Shown piece after piece: positions 1 through 9,765 of a stretch of DNA of 64,000 bases. Location: the IMG/VR virus record IMGVR_UViG_3300025759_000064, positions 32,001-96,000 of that record; one strand, given 5' to 3'. How positions within the stretch are numbered: position 1 is the stretch's first letter; each line of letters starts with the position of its first letter. The position numbers and the translations under genes were made by a program. This DNA comes from a virus. Below the pieces are notes generated by a model. The model searched no databases, had not been told where the DNA came from, and was given only the letters and a program-made list of their open reading frames with translations.

Positions 1-925
1 TTTCTTTTTGCCATCTTTTGAAATCTCTTAACCTTAGAGTATGTTGGTGTTTAGTGTCACTTTCATGCCCATCATTACCACCTAAGAAAGATAGTTGTCT
101 TGATTTTCTGTTTTTGTTTACACCATGATAAACACCATGGTCTTTATTTCTATCTCTTTCATTGTAGTCTAACTTGTGGGCGTTTTCTATCTCCATACCC
201 TTTTCCGCCCACTTGTTATCCGAAAGATAGTATTCTCTCAACATGTTTTCCCACTCAGGCATTCCGGTATCGACTCTTCTTTTACGAACTGGATGATGTT
301 TTTCATCAAACGGGTTAGCATCTAAGTAGTGCTTTTCTGTAAATGCCGTAGGTTCAATAGATGCTGGTATATTACTACGTAAATTATCTCGCCCTTCTTT
401 CCCACCATCGAAGGCAATTCTAAAAGGATTAAATTGAGGCCACATAGAGTGTTTCATAGTATGTGGAATCATATTTCTTGCACGATATGGACCATATTTT
501 TCACCGTCTTTTTGTGGGCTGTGTAACGGATAATTATACTTTTTATTATCGTTTTCATCCCAAGTCCGTTTTGCTCTTCCAATCGTTTTTATTCTTCTTG
601 GTTCTTTTCCTTCTTCTTGTATGTGTCTAAATACAGTATCTCGCCAATTATGGTCTGTGCCATACGATTTAGCCATCGCTGGTCTAAAGTTGTGCATTGT
701 GCCAAACTCTGTTTTTTTCTCTTTAGCCTTAGATAGAATATATTCACTGAAAGAATCGCACACAACGTCAACATCTATTTTCTCATATGTGATGTTATGA
801 TTCTCTAAGTTCATCTTAGAAATTAGATAATCTCCAACCTCTTGTTCCGGTGGAGTATTATCGTAAATTGCTTTTAGCAATTCAGTACGGTGTCTGATGT
901 AAACTTGTATCGCATCTTCTTCCAT
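1..925 (-). CDS. Large putative virion/structural protein, partial (runs off the window start)
   Basis: Manual translation from ATG at 925 (MEEDAIQVYIRHRTELLKAIY...). Stop-free over the stretches checked (925-421 and 60-1, same frame). GAGGGA SD upstream. Absent from the ORF track, presumably because it has no stop in the window. Confidence 0.75.
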   Translation of the reverse strand, partial: MEEDAIQVYIRHRTELLKAIYDNTPPEQEVGDYLISKMNLENHNITYEKIDVDVVCDSFSEYILSKAKEKKTEFGTMHNFRPAMAKSYGTDHNWRDTVFRHIQEEGKEPRRIKTIGRAKRTWDENDNKKYNYPLHSPQKDGEKYGPYRARNMIPHTMKHSMWPQFNPFRIAFDGGKEGRDNLRSNIPASIEPTAFTEKHYLDANPFDEKHHPVRKRRVDTGMPEWENMLREYYLSDNKWAEKGMEIENAHKLDYNERDRNKDHGVYHGVNKNRKSRQLSFLGGNDGHESDTKHQHTLRLRDFKRWQKE

Positions 926-936
926 GACATTCCCTC

Positions 937-1083
937 TCAGCCTCCGGTATTGTACCTTTGGTAATAAGGACAATCTCTGAGTGAAAGCCCCCTTGCTTGT
1001 TTACAACCTTCGTATGCGGTTGCACCACACATTTTACATGGGTCCATTTGTGCAACGCCTTTCTTGACGTACACTTTATTCAA
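937..1083 (-). CDS. Small Cys-rich protein (48 aa; CxxC..C..C)
   Basis: Manual translation from TTG: MNKVYVKKGVAQMDPCKMCGATAYEGCKQARGLSLRDCPYYQRYNTGG. Fills the gap between neighbouring genes. Confidence 0.6.
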   Translation of the reverse strand: MNKVYVKKGVAQMDPCKMCGATAYEGCKQARGLSLRDCPYYQRYNTGG

Positions 1084-1085
1084 TC

Positions 1086-1472
1086 TTATCCCTCAACAAG
1101 ACGGTCTACTGTATCGTGAGTGTTAACTTTCAAAGTGTCTAAATTAACACTTTCACTAGATGCACCTTTGTTAGCAATATCTTCTGAATCTAAAAGACTT
1201 TGATTTGTGTGATAGAAAGCGTTGTATGTTTGACCGCCAGTTTCTATGTTAAATTGTACACCTTCCGGCTGTGTACCAAAACTTGTTTCTTTGTGATGAG
1301 TGCCTTTCTTCATAGAGGTGCATCCCGTTTTCATCATACAATCCATTTTTTTCATACCACAAGAAGGGCACTTTGCTTCTTTTTCAAGAGTATCTAGTCT
1401 CTCTGCTATTTCTTCTGCTTTTCTTAACATCTCGTATGCCTTAGGTGAGGCCGCTTCATATCTAGGTTTCAT
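1086..1472 (-). CDS. Hypothetical head-module protein with a CxxC motif
   Basis: 128-aa ORF, TAATG-coupled, downstream of the portal. Confidence 0.7.
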   Translation of the reverse strand: MKPRYEAASPKAYEMLRKAEEIAERLDTLEKEAKCPSCGMKKMDCMMKTGCTSMKKGTHHKETSFGTQPEGVQFNIETGGQTYNAFYHTNQSLLDSEDIANKGASSESVNLDTLKVNTHDTVDRLVEG

Positions 1473-1819
1473 TAATACATCTCCTTTACTTCTCTATGCT
1501 GGTCTGCCATTTCATGTATATCGTCCCAACTCATTTCGTGAATCTGTTCGTTAGAATATTTATCAGGGTTATTTTCATCTTGTTTGAGTATAGTACCTGA
1601 TGATGTTTCCATATCTGCTCTAAAGGCATCAACAGTAACATCTTCCGACAATGGTGTAGAATAAGGCACGTAACCTGCTTTTCTCAAAATTATTTGCGGA
1701 TTATCCATTGCTTTTCGTAGCATGGCATTTTCAGCACGAACAGATTGAATATCTCTATCCATGGTTTCCATTTTAGAAATTAGAGCATTCATTAAACGCT
1801 CAGTTACATCTTCTTCCAT
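1472..1819 (-). CDS. Hypothetical coiled-coil protein (head module)
   Basis: 115-aa ORF with an N-terminal heptad pattern. Confidence 0.7.
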   Translation of the reverse strand: MEEDVTERLMNALISKMETMDRDIQSVRAENAMLRKAMDNPQIILRKAGYVPYSTPLSEDVTVDAFRADMETSSGTILKQDENNPDKYSNEQIHEMSWDDIHEMADQHREVKEMY

Positions 1820-1828
1820 TCTAAAGCC

Positions 1829-2206
1829 TCAGTTACCGGGAGAATAACGTCCGTATGTGCCTCTTGCTGGCTTCATTTGTGAATTAGTTCTTGAGGACAT
1901 AATTGTTCCATTTAATTGTCTATCTCTCATTGAAGGGTCGAAGTTAGAACCAGTTTTGTTAAACTTTAGAACTGGGCTTCTGTGTTCCCATCCATTGTCG
2001 GGAGTAACTACTTCTGTTTCTGCTTTCTTTATTGCAAACTCTAAGTCTGTTTCCATGTTAGTTGCATACTTTAATAATTCATTTAGATGTTGGCGTGCGT
2101 CGTCTGCATTACCGTCTTCTAGAGCCTTAGTAAAAGCCTCATTATGTGCGGTCATTTTTCTAGCCATTGGATGCATTTTCAATAAGTCCATGTGGTTCAC
2201 TACCAT
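1829..2206 (-). CDS. Hypothetical protein (head module)
   Basis: 125-aa ORF directly downstream of the portal. Confidence 0.7.
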   Translation of the reverse strand: MVVNHMDLLKMHPMARKMTAHNEAFTKALEDGNADDARQHLNELLKYATNMETDLEFAIKKAETEVVTPDNGWEHRSPVLKFNKTGSNFDPSMRDRQLNGTIMSSRTNSQMKPARGTYGRYSPGN

Positions 2207-2231
2207 TTGCGTGTATGCGATGCTACTTTAA

Positions 2232-3962
2232 TTATGCGCCTTTTATCCGTCTAGAGTTCATTAAAGCGCGAGAATTGTTCTGCGCAACTGAATTAGGAGG
2301 ACCGCGTTGTTGAACACTGGTTACTGGTGACCCAATACCCGGACTTCCTCTATTTTGAGGAGAGGCTGGTCCTCTTGGAGTACGGATACCCATACCCTCA
2401 CCACCGGGCTGTGATGGTGGCATCGCATTAGCCAACAAACCCGGAGGACTTGCGCCCATTTGTTGAGCCATTGGGCCACCGCTTCCGGGTGACATTCCTT
2501 GAGGCGGTTGCATTCCCGGCGGCATCGGAGGTGCGCCATCTTGTTGCTCATTCATCTGTCGATAAGTAAATCGTATATCTCTATCTCCCTGTTCCATTAA
2601 TTCAGGCTTGTATCCAAGCATCATCATTCTTTGTGCAAGGTTAACTTCCATCTCATCTCTTCGTAATCGAGTAATCTCATCTTCTTCTTCATTCGGATAA
2701 AGAGTCAACTTCCAATCTGTTACTTCCATTTGTCTTAACATTCTAGGAAATAGAACTTGCGTGTAGACTTTCTGACCAAACTCAACAGCCCTGTTAGTTA
2801 CAAGTATTTGCATACCTTCGTTATTTAATCCGCCGGATTTTCCGCTATCAATCATAAAGATACTACTTACACCAAAGAATGCTGCTATTCTATTACGCAT
2901 CTCATCTCTAACAGGAATATATTGCATCTCTTCTAACGTATCCATGAACTTTACCCAATTCACACCACCTCTACCAGTTTGGCTTTCAATACCAATTTTA
3001 GGTATGTAGTGTGGGTCTCTTTCCATTTTTTCGTCTACACTTTTCCAAAATGATTTCATTGATTCTAGATTATCTGTGGTCACAGAGATAATTCCTTTTG
3101 GACTTCTTCTCTTCTGATATGAGGTATACATGTAATTATCCATTGCAGTAAGTGTCATAGCCTGTCTCCACATTGTGTTCACAGGACTTCTACCATACAA
3201 TTTAGATGGGTTGTATTTACTAATGTGTATTACTTCTCCTTCTAAGTAATACTGTGTTTTACCACTACCAGCCATATTTGCATAGTGCGCTTCTTGCATA
3301 TTATTGCCGCAAACTTCACACTTGTCATCTTGACCGGGATAGGAGATTTGGTCTCTATGAAGAGGACATACTTTGTATCTTCCACCTCGCACACCGCGCT
3401 TATCAGATATAATTCTCATAAAGATAGGGTCGCCTCTAATCAATTCTTTAACCCTGTAAAACTTAATGTCCGATGTTTCGGGGTCTACGAAATATTCTTT
3501 TACACAGATTAAGAAAGCATCATCTACTATTTCTAAATCTCTTTCTATTTCTTGCAACACGTGCATGAAATCTTGTTCCATAGAGTTTTGTTGCTCTAGT
3601 AACCACTTAGGGTAGATTAGTTGTTGTACGTCAGGCTGTTTTACTTCCCCTCCACATAACTTACAACTATCTACTTCGTGAGTATATTCTTCACCGCAGT
3701 CCTTGCACTTGTGCTGAAACTTCTTTTCCCAATAATAACCTCTTCTAAATATCTCTTGTCCTAGTTTAGAAATTACAGTTCTAAGAATCAAGTTTTCTTG
3801 TGATACTGCATAAAGCGCTGGAATAGTAATACCTTGTGCTAATACAGGCTCTTGAATACCAGTTGTGTATAACGGCATTTGCGGCTCAGGAGTTGTTCTA
3901 CTTCTAAACGGACTACCTAATGCAGAGATTAATCGACCTATTCTTCCTTGTTCTTCTGCCAT
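2232..3962 (-). CDS. Portal protein
   Basis: 576 aa next to the terminase. Portal-like segments (LYGRSPV, RNRIAAFFGVS, GGLNNEG). Two CxxC/CxxH pairs inserted. Pro/Gly/Gln-rich C-tail. Confidence 0.85.
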   Translation of the reverse strand: MAEEQGRIGRLISALGSPFRSRTTPEPQMPLYTTGIQEPVLAQGITIPALYAVSQENLILRTVISKLGQEIFRRGYYWEKKFQHKCKDCGEEYTHEVDSCKLCGGEVKQPDVQQLIYPKWLLEQQNSMEQDFMHVLQEIERDLEIVDDAFLICVKEYFVDPETSDIKFYRVKELIRGDPIFMRIISDKRGVRGGRYKVCPLHRDQISYPGQDDKCEVCGNNMQEAHYANMAGSGKTQYYLEGEVIHISKYNPSKLYGRSPVNTMWRQAMTLTAMDNYMYTSYQKRRSPKGIISVTTDNLESMKSFWKSVDEKMERDPHYIPKIGIESQTGRGGVNWVKFMDTLEEMQYIPVRDEMRNRIAAFFGVSSIFMIDSGKSGGLNNEGMQILVTNRAVEFGQKVYTQVLFPRMLRQMEVTDWKLTLYPNEEEDEITRLRRDEMEVNLAQRMMMLGYKPELMEQGDRDIRFTYRQMNEQQDGAPPMPPGMQPPQGMSPGSGGPMAQQMGASPPGLLANAMPPSQPGGEGMGIRTPRGPASPQNRGSPGIGSPVTSVQQRGPPNSVAQNNSRALMNSRRIKGA

Positions 3963-3963
3963 A

Positions 3964-5106
3964 TTATATCGCCTCCGCCCATTTTGTTATATCGTCGGCT
4001 TGCACTCCCCATTCCGAAAGGAGCGCATTCGACTTATTGGTATCATCGCTCCAATTGTAGTATCTTACGACTTTCTTTAATTCTTCTTTCTTTAATCCAT
4101 CGTTTTCTTCTATGTATGCTAAAACCGCTTTTGCTTGAGTTTTCTTCATTTCTAAAAACGGTAATATACCTTTCAATAGTTTACTAATATCTGCCTTAGA
4201 ATAAAATTGTAATCTGTGTTGACTTCTTTGATTATCTTTGTATATTTTTTGGTCTAATTGTAAAACACCGCAATCTAAAGTTTTTTGCAATTGTTCACAA
4301 TGTACTTTACCTCTTGAACCAGTAGCGATAAATCCGGCTCTAGGTTCACCTCTCCCTGTAATTGTAATATACCCATCTGCATCTAAGAAACCCGCAGCAT
4401 ACGCCCATGGGTCTTTTATGATTAATCCAGTTCTATCCATTTTTACAAATGTGCCTCTAGATGCCCCGGCCATAATATCTACTTCTTCCCCATACATACT
4501 GAGTAATTTTGCTAATTTCATAGATGTCATACTTTTGTGTAATATATTTCTATCGTAAAGATTAGCAAATAACGTTCTACCGCTCATAGTACCTTTTTCT
4601 AAAAGTATTTCAGCACTTTTTACTAACGCCTCTCGGTCTTTTTCATTTAGTCTATCCATTTGATGAAGTGTACTTTTCCATACTTTCCTTGCATCTCTTT
4701 TACCGTCCATTGCAGCCACCCATGCTTTTTTCTGTTCGTCTTGCCACACATCTTCATATTCTTCAAGCATTTTCAAAGCGTCGTCTGATTTCTGCCATTG
4801 GTGACAGGCTCTTTGTAAACTAACTCTACGAGAGTCGCCAAACTTTCTCAAGGCTTTCATATTATTATCAGACATTCCTAATTCTTTTATCACATCAGAG
4901 TATTGCTCACACCAACTATGCATTTTTAGAGTAGCATCTAATTCCATACTTTTCATAGCCCGTATATCTTCTATGGCTTTATCAATAAACTCTTTTTCAT
5001 CTTTGTTGCTTCTTCTAGCCTTTCTAAGTCGATGTACTAACTCTGTCGCAGAATAACCTAAATTGGCTTCAAACCAACCATCGTTATTCTTAGAAAAAGT
5101 ATTCAT
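3964..5106 (-). CDS. LAGLIDADG homing-endonuclease-like protein with a long helical N-terminal domain
   Basis: AYAAGFLDADGYITI motif followed by the typical ...ILPFLEMKKTQA; single motif in the C-terminal third. Confidence 0.8.
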   Translation of the reverse strand: MNTFSKNNDGWFEANLGYSATELVHRLRKARRSNKDEKEFIDKAIEDIRAMKSMELDATLKMHSWCEQYSDVIKELGMSDNNMKALRKFGDSRRVSLQRACHQWQKSDDALKMLEEYEDVWQDEQKKAWVAAMDGKRDARKVWKSTLHQMDRLNEKDREALVKSAEILLEKGTMSGRTLFANLYDRNILHKSMTSMKLAKLLSMYGEEVDIMAGASRGTFVKMDRTGLIIKDPWAYAAGFLDADGYITITGRGEPRAGFIATGSRGKVHCEQLQKTLDCGVLQLDQKIYKDNQRSQHRLQFYSKADISKLLKGILPFLEMKKTQAKAVLAYIEENDGLKKEELKKVVRYYNWSDDTNKSNALLSEWGVQADDITKWAEAI

Positions 5107-5194
5107 TTTAAGAACTCCAGTACACCCAATTCTCTATCCAAAAAGTATTATTTTCCCATTCATCTTTCATTATTGTATCATTCATCTTCTTCAC

Positions 5195-6676
5195 CTATGG
5201 TATCATTATCGAGTCATTTTTGCTTTCGCCCTTAAACCACTCATCAAATCCGGGCATGTAATCATCTAAGAGTGTAATGCTTCCCTTGAACTCCTTAGAT
5301 GCCCAATTTGCTAGTGCTAAACTCATCGCCAAGTCATCATGTACGCCTACACTTTCTAGTTTACCATTTTTCTGCATTCCGAATCTATTCAACTCTTGCT
5401 CAACTTTGTGAGTGTAGGTTCTACTTCTTTCATCACCATATGGTAATTTGATGTGGCCTTGTTCAAATGCGAGTAATAAACTCATAAACAACGACTCTTT
5501 ACGAGTACGAGTAGTCATAAATACTCTAATTGGCATATCTGCTCTCAACTCTCTCATTTCTTGTTCTAACATACGCTGAAAATTATTACCTTCAAGTTGA
5601 ATTAAATCAGGACTAAATCGACTATTTAGTAATACCATCATTCTTTTCTGAGCCATAGAAGACATACCTCTCTCATGTACCACGTGAACTATTTCTTTTG
5701 TTGCTTCACCGGGCTTTTGTCGCATCACAGTTATAGCGGTAAAATCGGCATTTTTATCAGATGATATAGCGGGGTCGTGTCCCACAAAATGTTGACCAAA
5801 GACTCCGTTTGCTTCACCTTCTTCGTTATAGAAAGTTTCAGCCCTGTCAATCAAAACAAGTTTAGGGTCTCTACATTTTTCTAATAATGGGCCGGGGAAC
5901 ATACTCGCCACGTCGTGAATCGGCTCACATAGGTATTCACGGCTAAACTGTATTGCTGGCATAGACATTCTTCTTTTCTCTAAAGATTCTAAATCCCATC
6001 TTTCAGGCCATAAGGCAACTCCTTCTTGGTTTATTGCTGGATAAGTTTCTACTCTAAAAGTTTCTTTTTGTTCTAATTCAGCGTATAAATCGTTGTAACT
6101 GAAAGGAGTTCCTACCATCATTAACTTACTACTGTGGTGAAGCACAGGTAACAAAACACCGTAAAACCAATCTGCTGTTTTAGCAAGTTCACTTGCAGTA
6201 GTACCCCATAGAATATCGTCACATACAACAATGTCAGGGTGGAAACCACGTGTAGCACCTCCAACTGACTTTGCCATCATACGGCTACCATTGGAAAACT
6301 CGAAGTAAGATTTAGCCCAAGGTTTACCCTGTGGCTTCAAATCTCTAAGTATATCGTGCCCTTCTATTGTATTACGTACAAAGCGCATGTGTTCAAGAGT
6401 TTGTTCAAGGGAGTGTGAGAATATCATAACGTGGGTATTAGGTTTGAATGCCGCTAACCATAACGCATACATCATAAAGAAAACTGATTTTCCGTGGTCT
6501 CTTGACGCTTTAACACAAAAATACTGAGATTCTTCTAATCCTTCTTTCCAAGATTCGTGATGGTGATTGTACATGAAACCTAGCATATCTACAAAAAAGT
6601 ACTTGAAAGATTTCTTAGACATCTCCGTATCCATATTAAGAATAAAGGCATCCATTTCTTCCTTATTCTTACTCAT
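5195..6676 (-). CDS. terL: Terminase large subunit
   Basis: Walker A-like ASRDHGKS, Walker B IVVCDD, coupling motif VGTP, RNase H-like nuclease GHDPA...DFTA...HDDLAMS. Confidence 0.92.
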   Translation of the reverse strand: MSKNKEEMDAFILNMDTEMSKKSFKYFFVDMLGFMYNHHHESWKEGLEESQYFCVKASRDHGKSVFFMMYALWLAAFKPNTHVMIFSHSLEQTLEHMRFVRNTIEGHDILRDLKPQGKPWAKSYFEFSNGSRMMAKSVGGATRGFHPDIVVCDDILWGTTASELAKTADWFYGVLLPVLHHSSKLMMVGTPFSYNDLYAELEQKETFRVETYPAINQEGVALWPERWDLESLEKRRMSMPAIQFSREYLCEPIHDVASMFPGPLLEKCRDPKLVLIDRAETFYNEEGEANGVFGQHFVGHDPAISSDKNADFTAITVMRQKPGEATKEIVHVVHERGMSSMAQKRMMVLLNSRFSPDLIQLEGNNFQRMLEQEMRELRADMPIRVFMTTRTRKESLFMSLLLAFEQGHIKLPYGDERSRTYTHKVEQELNRFGMQKNGKLESVGVHDDLAMSLALANWASKEFKGSITLLDDYMPGFDEWFKGESKNDSIMIP

Positions 6677-7338
6677 AAATACTCCTGTCGTAAAGCATTC
6701 ATTGGATGGTAATTATTACTATCATTAAACCAATTTTGGTCTTTACTCTCCTGTCGTAGAGATTGCATAGCAGCATTAGTCGGTGACGGTGACTCTTCTT
6801 CTGTAAACTCATCGTCTACTATCTGACGAGGAGGTGGTAATTGTTTTGGAGATGCGATTGTAGATACAGTAGTATTATTCTCAGGTGTACCCATTCCTTT
6901 CCCTCTTCTTACCCCGATTTGTGCTCCTAAAGTAGTAGAATACGGTTGTGCGGTTCGCCCCCCAGTATAAGCAGCAGTACCTATATTCGCCATCCCACTA
7001 AAGTCAAGCGGTTCACCACTAGAACTCAAATTGTAAAATGTGCTAAGACCGCCTAACCCAGCACCTGCATATAGACCCGCTCTGCCTAATCTTTTAGCCC
7101 ATTTTTCTCCATGTTTACCTTGTTCGACAGTGGCAGTACCATCTGTGGGTAATGCTCCGGGCGATGTAACGTTGCCCTGTTTGTCATACGTTCCATAAAC
7201 TGCATCCTCAGGTGTAACCCAATTTGGTAGATTATACATGACATTACCAAAACCACCTCCCGATTGACCACCACCCATCATAAAGGCTGACGATGGATTA
7301 GCACCAGCGTCTTTTCTAATAACGTAAACTTTACCCAT
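6673..7338 (-). CDS. Gly-rich putative internal virion/ejection protein
   Basis: 221 aa with a glycine-zipper-like hydrophobic stretch GLYAGAGLGGLSTF; late operon. Confidence 0.5.
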   Translation of the reverse strand: MGKVYVIRKDAGANPSSAFMMGGGQSGGGFGNVMYNLPNWVTPEDAVYGTYDKQGNVTSPGALPTDGTATVEQGKHGEKWAKRLGRAGLYAGAGLGGLSTFYNLSSSGEPLDFSGMANIGTAAYTGGRTAQPYSTTLGAQIGVRRGKGMGTPENNTTVSTIASPKQLPPPRQIVDDEFTEEESPSPTNAAMQSLRQESKDQNWFNDSNNYHPMNALRQEYL

Positions 7339-9765
7339 TTAGACACCCCCGAATGAAACCTTGACCACTTTAACTACTCTATCGGAATAGCCGTATGTCT
7401 TAGATATTCTCTCCCAATCGCCTTTAGTGTTTAATATTGTACTAACATCCATAGATGTGATGTCTAGCATTTTCGCTAAGTAAAGAATGTCTGTAATAGA
7501 ATCTACGCTTAAATTATTAGAAGGTAAATGCTTGATAATTTCATCATCTTTTCGAGCATCTTCTATTTGTAATATTTCTACTGCTTTAATTAGTCTATCC
7601 ATGGCGGCATTATGCCCATCTTTACTTTTAGTAGGATAGTCAGAAAGAAAACGTTGGTAGGGGTCACCCATATTTTGTTGAAACTCTCGTTGTCTCTGAG
7701 AAGATACTACACCAACTGGTGGTACTTGGGTTTCTCCGGGGTAAAGCACTTGCGCTTGCTGAGGATGGTATTGTGGTCGAGGTAATCTAGACATTACATT
7801 TTGTACTGTTTCAGGAGACGCATAACCAAACTTTGCTCTCATTTGTTGGTCAGGAGTTATTTTTTTATTTGCAACTAATTGACGAAAGTGTTCTGTATTT
7901 GGGTCTACTTGCAATTGTGCTCTTCTTGCAGCATCGCTTAGTGGTGGTGGCGCACCACTAGTTGCAGCCGGAGGTGCACCGCCGGAAACTGGAACAGGTG
8001 CACCGGATATACCTTTTTCTTTACCCGGTTGTGGTTTTAATGTGGTTTCTTCGGGTTGCATAGATGCGCCGACTGGTGACATAGATGATGTCATGTCTGA
8101 ATATCTAATGTGTTCTGGCACACCTAATTGCCCCCTATCTTCGTGTGTACCTCCTTGAAGTATATTGTCTACAATTGGTTGTAATTGCTGTAATTCTTCT
8201 TGTGAAGGTATTTCTTTTCTTTCATGTCCCCCCGCTATGGTGTGGCTATGAAACAAATGGTCTAGCATTATTTTTACATTAGGCGCAGCCGCTCTTGTTT
8301 CAGGAGTATCATACAATCTAATTTTTGCCGCTTTCAAATCTTCGGGCGATAAATCATCTTCTGCATGATTGATTCCCTGAGATGCTGCAAGCACAACATT
8401 ACTCCATGCGTCTTTTGCTCTATTATGATGACCTATACCTCCTCTTACTTGATGTTGCTTATACGCTTCAATTTTTTCAGTATGGCTCATAAAATGGTCA
8501 AGCCCTTTTCCTTCTTCTGCTGTATCTCCATATCTCTGCCCATATAGATGATTCATTTTTCCAACAGTTTGACCTGCTTGTTTTATACTCCCATCTTCAT
8601 TAAACTTAGGATTTCTATTTTCACCGTAAACTGCTTGAAACGCTGGAAACTGAGATAAATAATTAGCCGCTTCTAATTGTCCTTGAGGTGTTTGTAATAA
8701 TACTTTTAGCGGCTTACCGTTTATTTCACCGGGTATATTTGCTAAATGTTTCATAGCCCCTGCGCTATCAACTATCAAGTTATTAACAACCCCTTCTCTA
8801 TTTTTCCCAGTTACTAAAGCCATGTGATGAAGAAAACTATCTACTGTTTGTTTTCTTGTTTGTCTTTTTCCACCCGGTGCTGCATCAATTTGAGGTATGT
8901 AGTAAACGTTAGGATAATGATGGGCTATTCCCCAAGATGTAATATTTTGAAAGGCTCTACTATCAGGTATTCTACTACCCCATTTTAATCTTTGACTTCC
9001 GTGTAATCTATCACCATCTAATTTACCTGAGTCTATCGAATTAGCACCAAACTGCATCCCACCTTTTCCATCAGGAACTAAATGTAATCTATGTGGTTTT
9101 ACATAAGGTTTCTTTACCCAACTATGTTTTTGCGGATTAGGATGTCCCAGTTGTGCCATAACTTCTCCAAGTTGTTTATTGAAAGGTATAGCATAAGATT
9201 CTAGATAAGTGCCACTTCTATGATTATCGCCGTGTCTATTAGTATACGTTGTAATTAAATTACCATCTTGAGTATAATTACTTCTTACTCTATGGTCTTG
9301 TTCCGTTAATGGTGCTAAATGCATTTTTCTCCAACCAACGCTATCTACATTAGGTAAATGATTGTCTTCTTTATGGTTTTGATTATGCATATCTATGGCT
9401 TTTTGAATTACATCTTTTGCTGGCGCTTTTATTCCATGTTCTAACAAAGAGTCCCCAACTGCACGTATTATTCCGTCAATACCATGCATGTGTTCTCCGC
9501 CGGATTCATCAGCGTATATTTGTTCTCCATGCATACCTGTTTTCCAATCACCGGGAAAAACGTGACCCATTCCGGGCACCCCCGTTTCTTCTTCCGAGTG
9601 AGCGCCAGTGTGAGCAAACGCTGGAATATCAGGCATATTTGGGTCTCGGTTATGAGCCTCAGGCGGTGGGAATCTTAGAGGATTCATTTTACCTGCAAAT
9701 AAACTATAATTACCATCGCCCTTTCTAAGTAGAAGAGATTTCATAATTATAGAGGATTTAATCAT
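7339..9765 (-). CDS. Large His/Pro/Gln-rich putative virion protein
   Basis: 808-aa ORF in the late operon; no recognisable catalytic motif. Confidence 0.6.
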   Translation of the reverse strand: MIKSSIIMKSLLLRKGDGNYSLFAGKMNPLRFPPPEAHNRDPNMPDIPAFAHTGAHSEEETGVPGMGHVFPGDWKTGMHGEQIYADESGGEHMHGIDGIIRAVGDSLLEHGIKAPAKDVIQKAIDMHNQNHKEDNHLPNVDSVGWRKMHLAPLTEQDHRVRSNYTQDGNLITTYTNRHGDNHRSGTYLESYAIPFNKQLGEVMAQLGHPNPQKHSWVKKPYVKPHRLHLVPDGKGGMQFGANSIDSGKLDGDRLHGSQRLKWGSRIPDSRAFQNITSWGIAHHYPNVYYIPQIDAAPGGKRQTRKQTVDSFLHHMALVTGKNREGVVNNLIVDSAGAMKHLANIPGEINGKPLKVLLQTPQGQLEAANYLSQFPAFQAVYGENRNPKFNEDGSIKQAGQTVGKMNHLYGQRYGDTAEEGKGLDHFMSHTEKIEAYKQHQVRGGIGHHNRAKDAWSNVVLAASQGINHAEDDLSPEDLKAAKIRLYDTPETRAAAPNVKIMLDHLFHSHTIAGGHERKEIPSQEELQQLQPIVDNILQGGTHEDRGQLGVPEHIRYSDMTSSMSPVGASMQPEETTLKPQPGKEKGISGAPVPVSGGAPPAATSGAPPPLSDAARRAQLQVDPNTEHFRQLVANKKITPDQQMRAKFGYASPETVQNVMSRLPRPQYHPQQAQVLYPGETQVPPVGVVSSQRQREFQQNMGDPYQRFLSDYPTKSKDGHNAAMDRLIKAVEILQIEDARKDDEIIKHLPSNNLSVDSITDILYLAKMLDITSMDVSTILNTKGDWERISKTYGYSDRVVKVVKVSFGGV

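Noticed and set aside
3964-5106. LAGLIDADG ORF as an intein or intron in terL or portal
   Set aside because: It is a separate ORF with its own start and stop, has no Cys/Ser start or His-Asn end, and the flanking genes look complete.
5108-5185. 25-codon ORF, or TAG readthrough extending the LAGLIDADG gene
   Set aside because: Too short to support. The rest of the window reads cleanly in the standard code with TAG used as a stop, so there is no evidence of recoding.
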